Source: Candidatus Zambryskiibacteriota bacterium (lineage in GTDB: Bacteria > Patescibacteriota > Minisyncoccia > Phycocordibacterales > DATDWN01). Taken from it: a stretch of DNA of 64,000 nucleotides. The stretch lies in contig JAHFOB010000002.1 of NCBI GenBank assembly GCA_023267045.1, positions 2,032 to 66,031 of the forward strand. The letters run 5' to 3'. The notes below the pieces were generated by a model, which was not told where the DNA came from, ran no database searches, and saw only the letters and a list, made by a program, of their open reading frames with translations. This document shows, piece by piece, positions 63,725-64,000 of the stretch (position 1 is the stretch's first letter; each line of letters begins with the position of its first letter). A program made the translations under genes and the position numbers.

Positions 63725-64000
63725 ATGTCGAGAAAAATTTTTGTTCTAGTTGGGCATCCCGATACGGAAAGCATGTGTCGAGAGTTTGGCATGGCTTATG
63801 CCGATGGTGCGCGTGGGGGTGGTAATGAAGTCAGGTTTACAAACCTTGGTGATATGAAATTTGACCCGATACTTCATCATGGTTACAAAGTCATACAGGA
63901 GCTTGAACCAGATTTGAAAAAATTTCAAGAGGATGTCAGGTGGTGTGATCATTTTGTTATCATTTATCCATCATGGTGGTCAACTATGCCAGCTCTTCTC
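63725..64000 (+). CDS. flavodoxin-like fold NAD(P)H dehydrogenase (quinone) family protein; 3' end outside the window
   Basis: MSRKIFVLVGHPDTES...HFVIIYPSWW matches the Flavodoxin_2/NQO-like N-terminus. Confidence 0.55.
   Translation, partial: MSRKIFVLVGHPDTESMCREFGMAYADGARGGGNEVRFTNLGDMKFDPILHHGYKVIQELEPDLKKFQEDVRWCDHFVIIYPSWWSTMPALL

Noticed and set aside
1-64000. CRISPR arrays, rRNA genes, transposase genes
   Set aside because: No regularly spaced direct repeats, no rRNA-like conserved blocks and no transposase-like ORF were found by eye. The only recombinases are the two island integrases.

Overview
This 64-kb window is a low-GC bacterial segment. Its small proteins, many membrane/secreted hypotheticals and leaderless-looking promoters suggest a reduced-genome lineage, possibly Patescibacteria/CPR-like (inference only).

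Core content: the 3' part of dnaX, an M23 peptidase, SWIB, a MerR/TipA regulator, pyrF, an ECF sigma factor with a putative anti-sigma, a flavin module (FMN_bind, ApbE, membrane-FNR fusion), a large PG-binding surface protein, a CAP protein, msrA-msrB, AI-2E, DoxX, a MacB-type ABC/HlyD export set, a DEAD-box helicase, DedA, xseA-xseB, LOG, FKBP, tgt, uvrB-uvrA-uvrC, ddl, SppA, a Panacea-domain toxin-antitoxin pair and MltG.

Accessory content:
- (1) A ~12.8-kb integrative island splits a tRNA-Ala(TGC) gene at its anticodon loop, with the 8-bp core TTTGCAAT duplicated at both junctions. It carries two tyrosine recombinases, an intact replacement tRNA-Ala, GC-rich foreign genes and a tight four-gene operon (PEP-utilising/ATP-grasp phosphotransferase-like, AsnB-like amidotransferase, small serine hydrolase, SAM methyltransferase).
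- (2) A ~107-nt terminal-inverted-repeat element (five copies) sits exactly between a -10 box and the ATG of five membrane-protein genes, with the start codon duplicated at both ends.
- (3) A 124-200-nt REP-like palindromic element (three copies) with compensatory arm substitutions lies around uvrB and uvrA.
- (4) Two GC-rich, ORF-free regions bounded by promoter-like and terminator signals look like structured ncRNA genes; one has RNase P-like motifs.

No CRISPR array or rRNA gene was seen. Coordinates of hand-located elements may be off by 1-2 nt.
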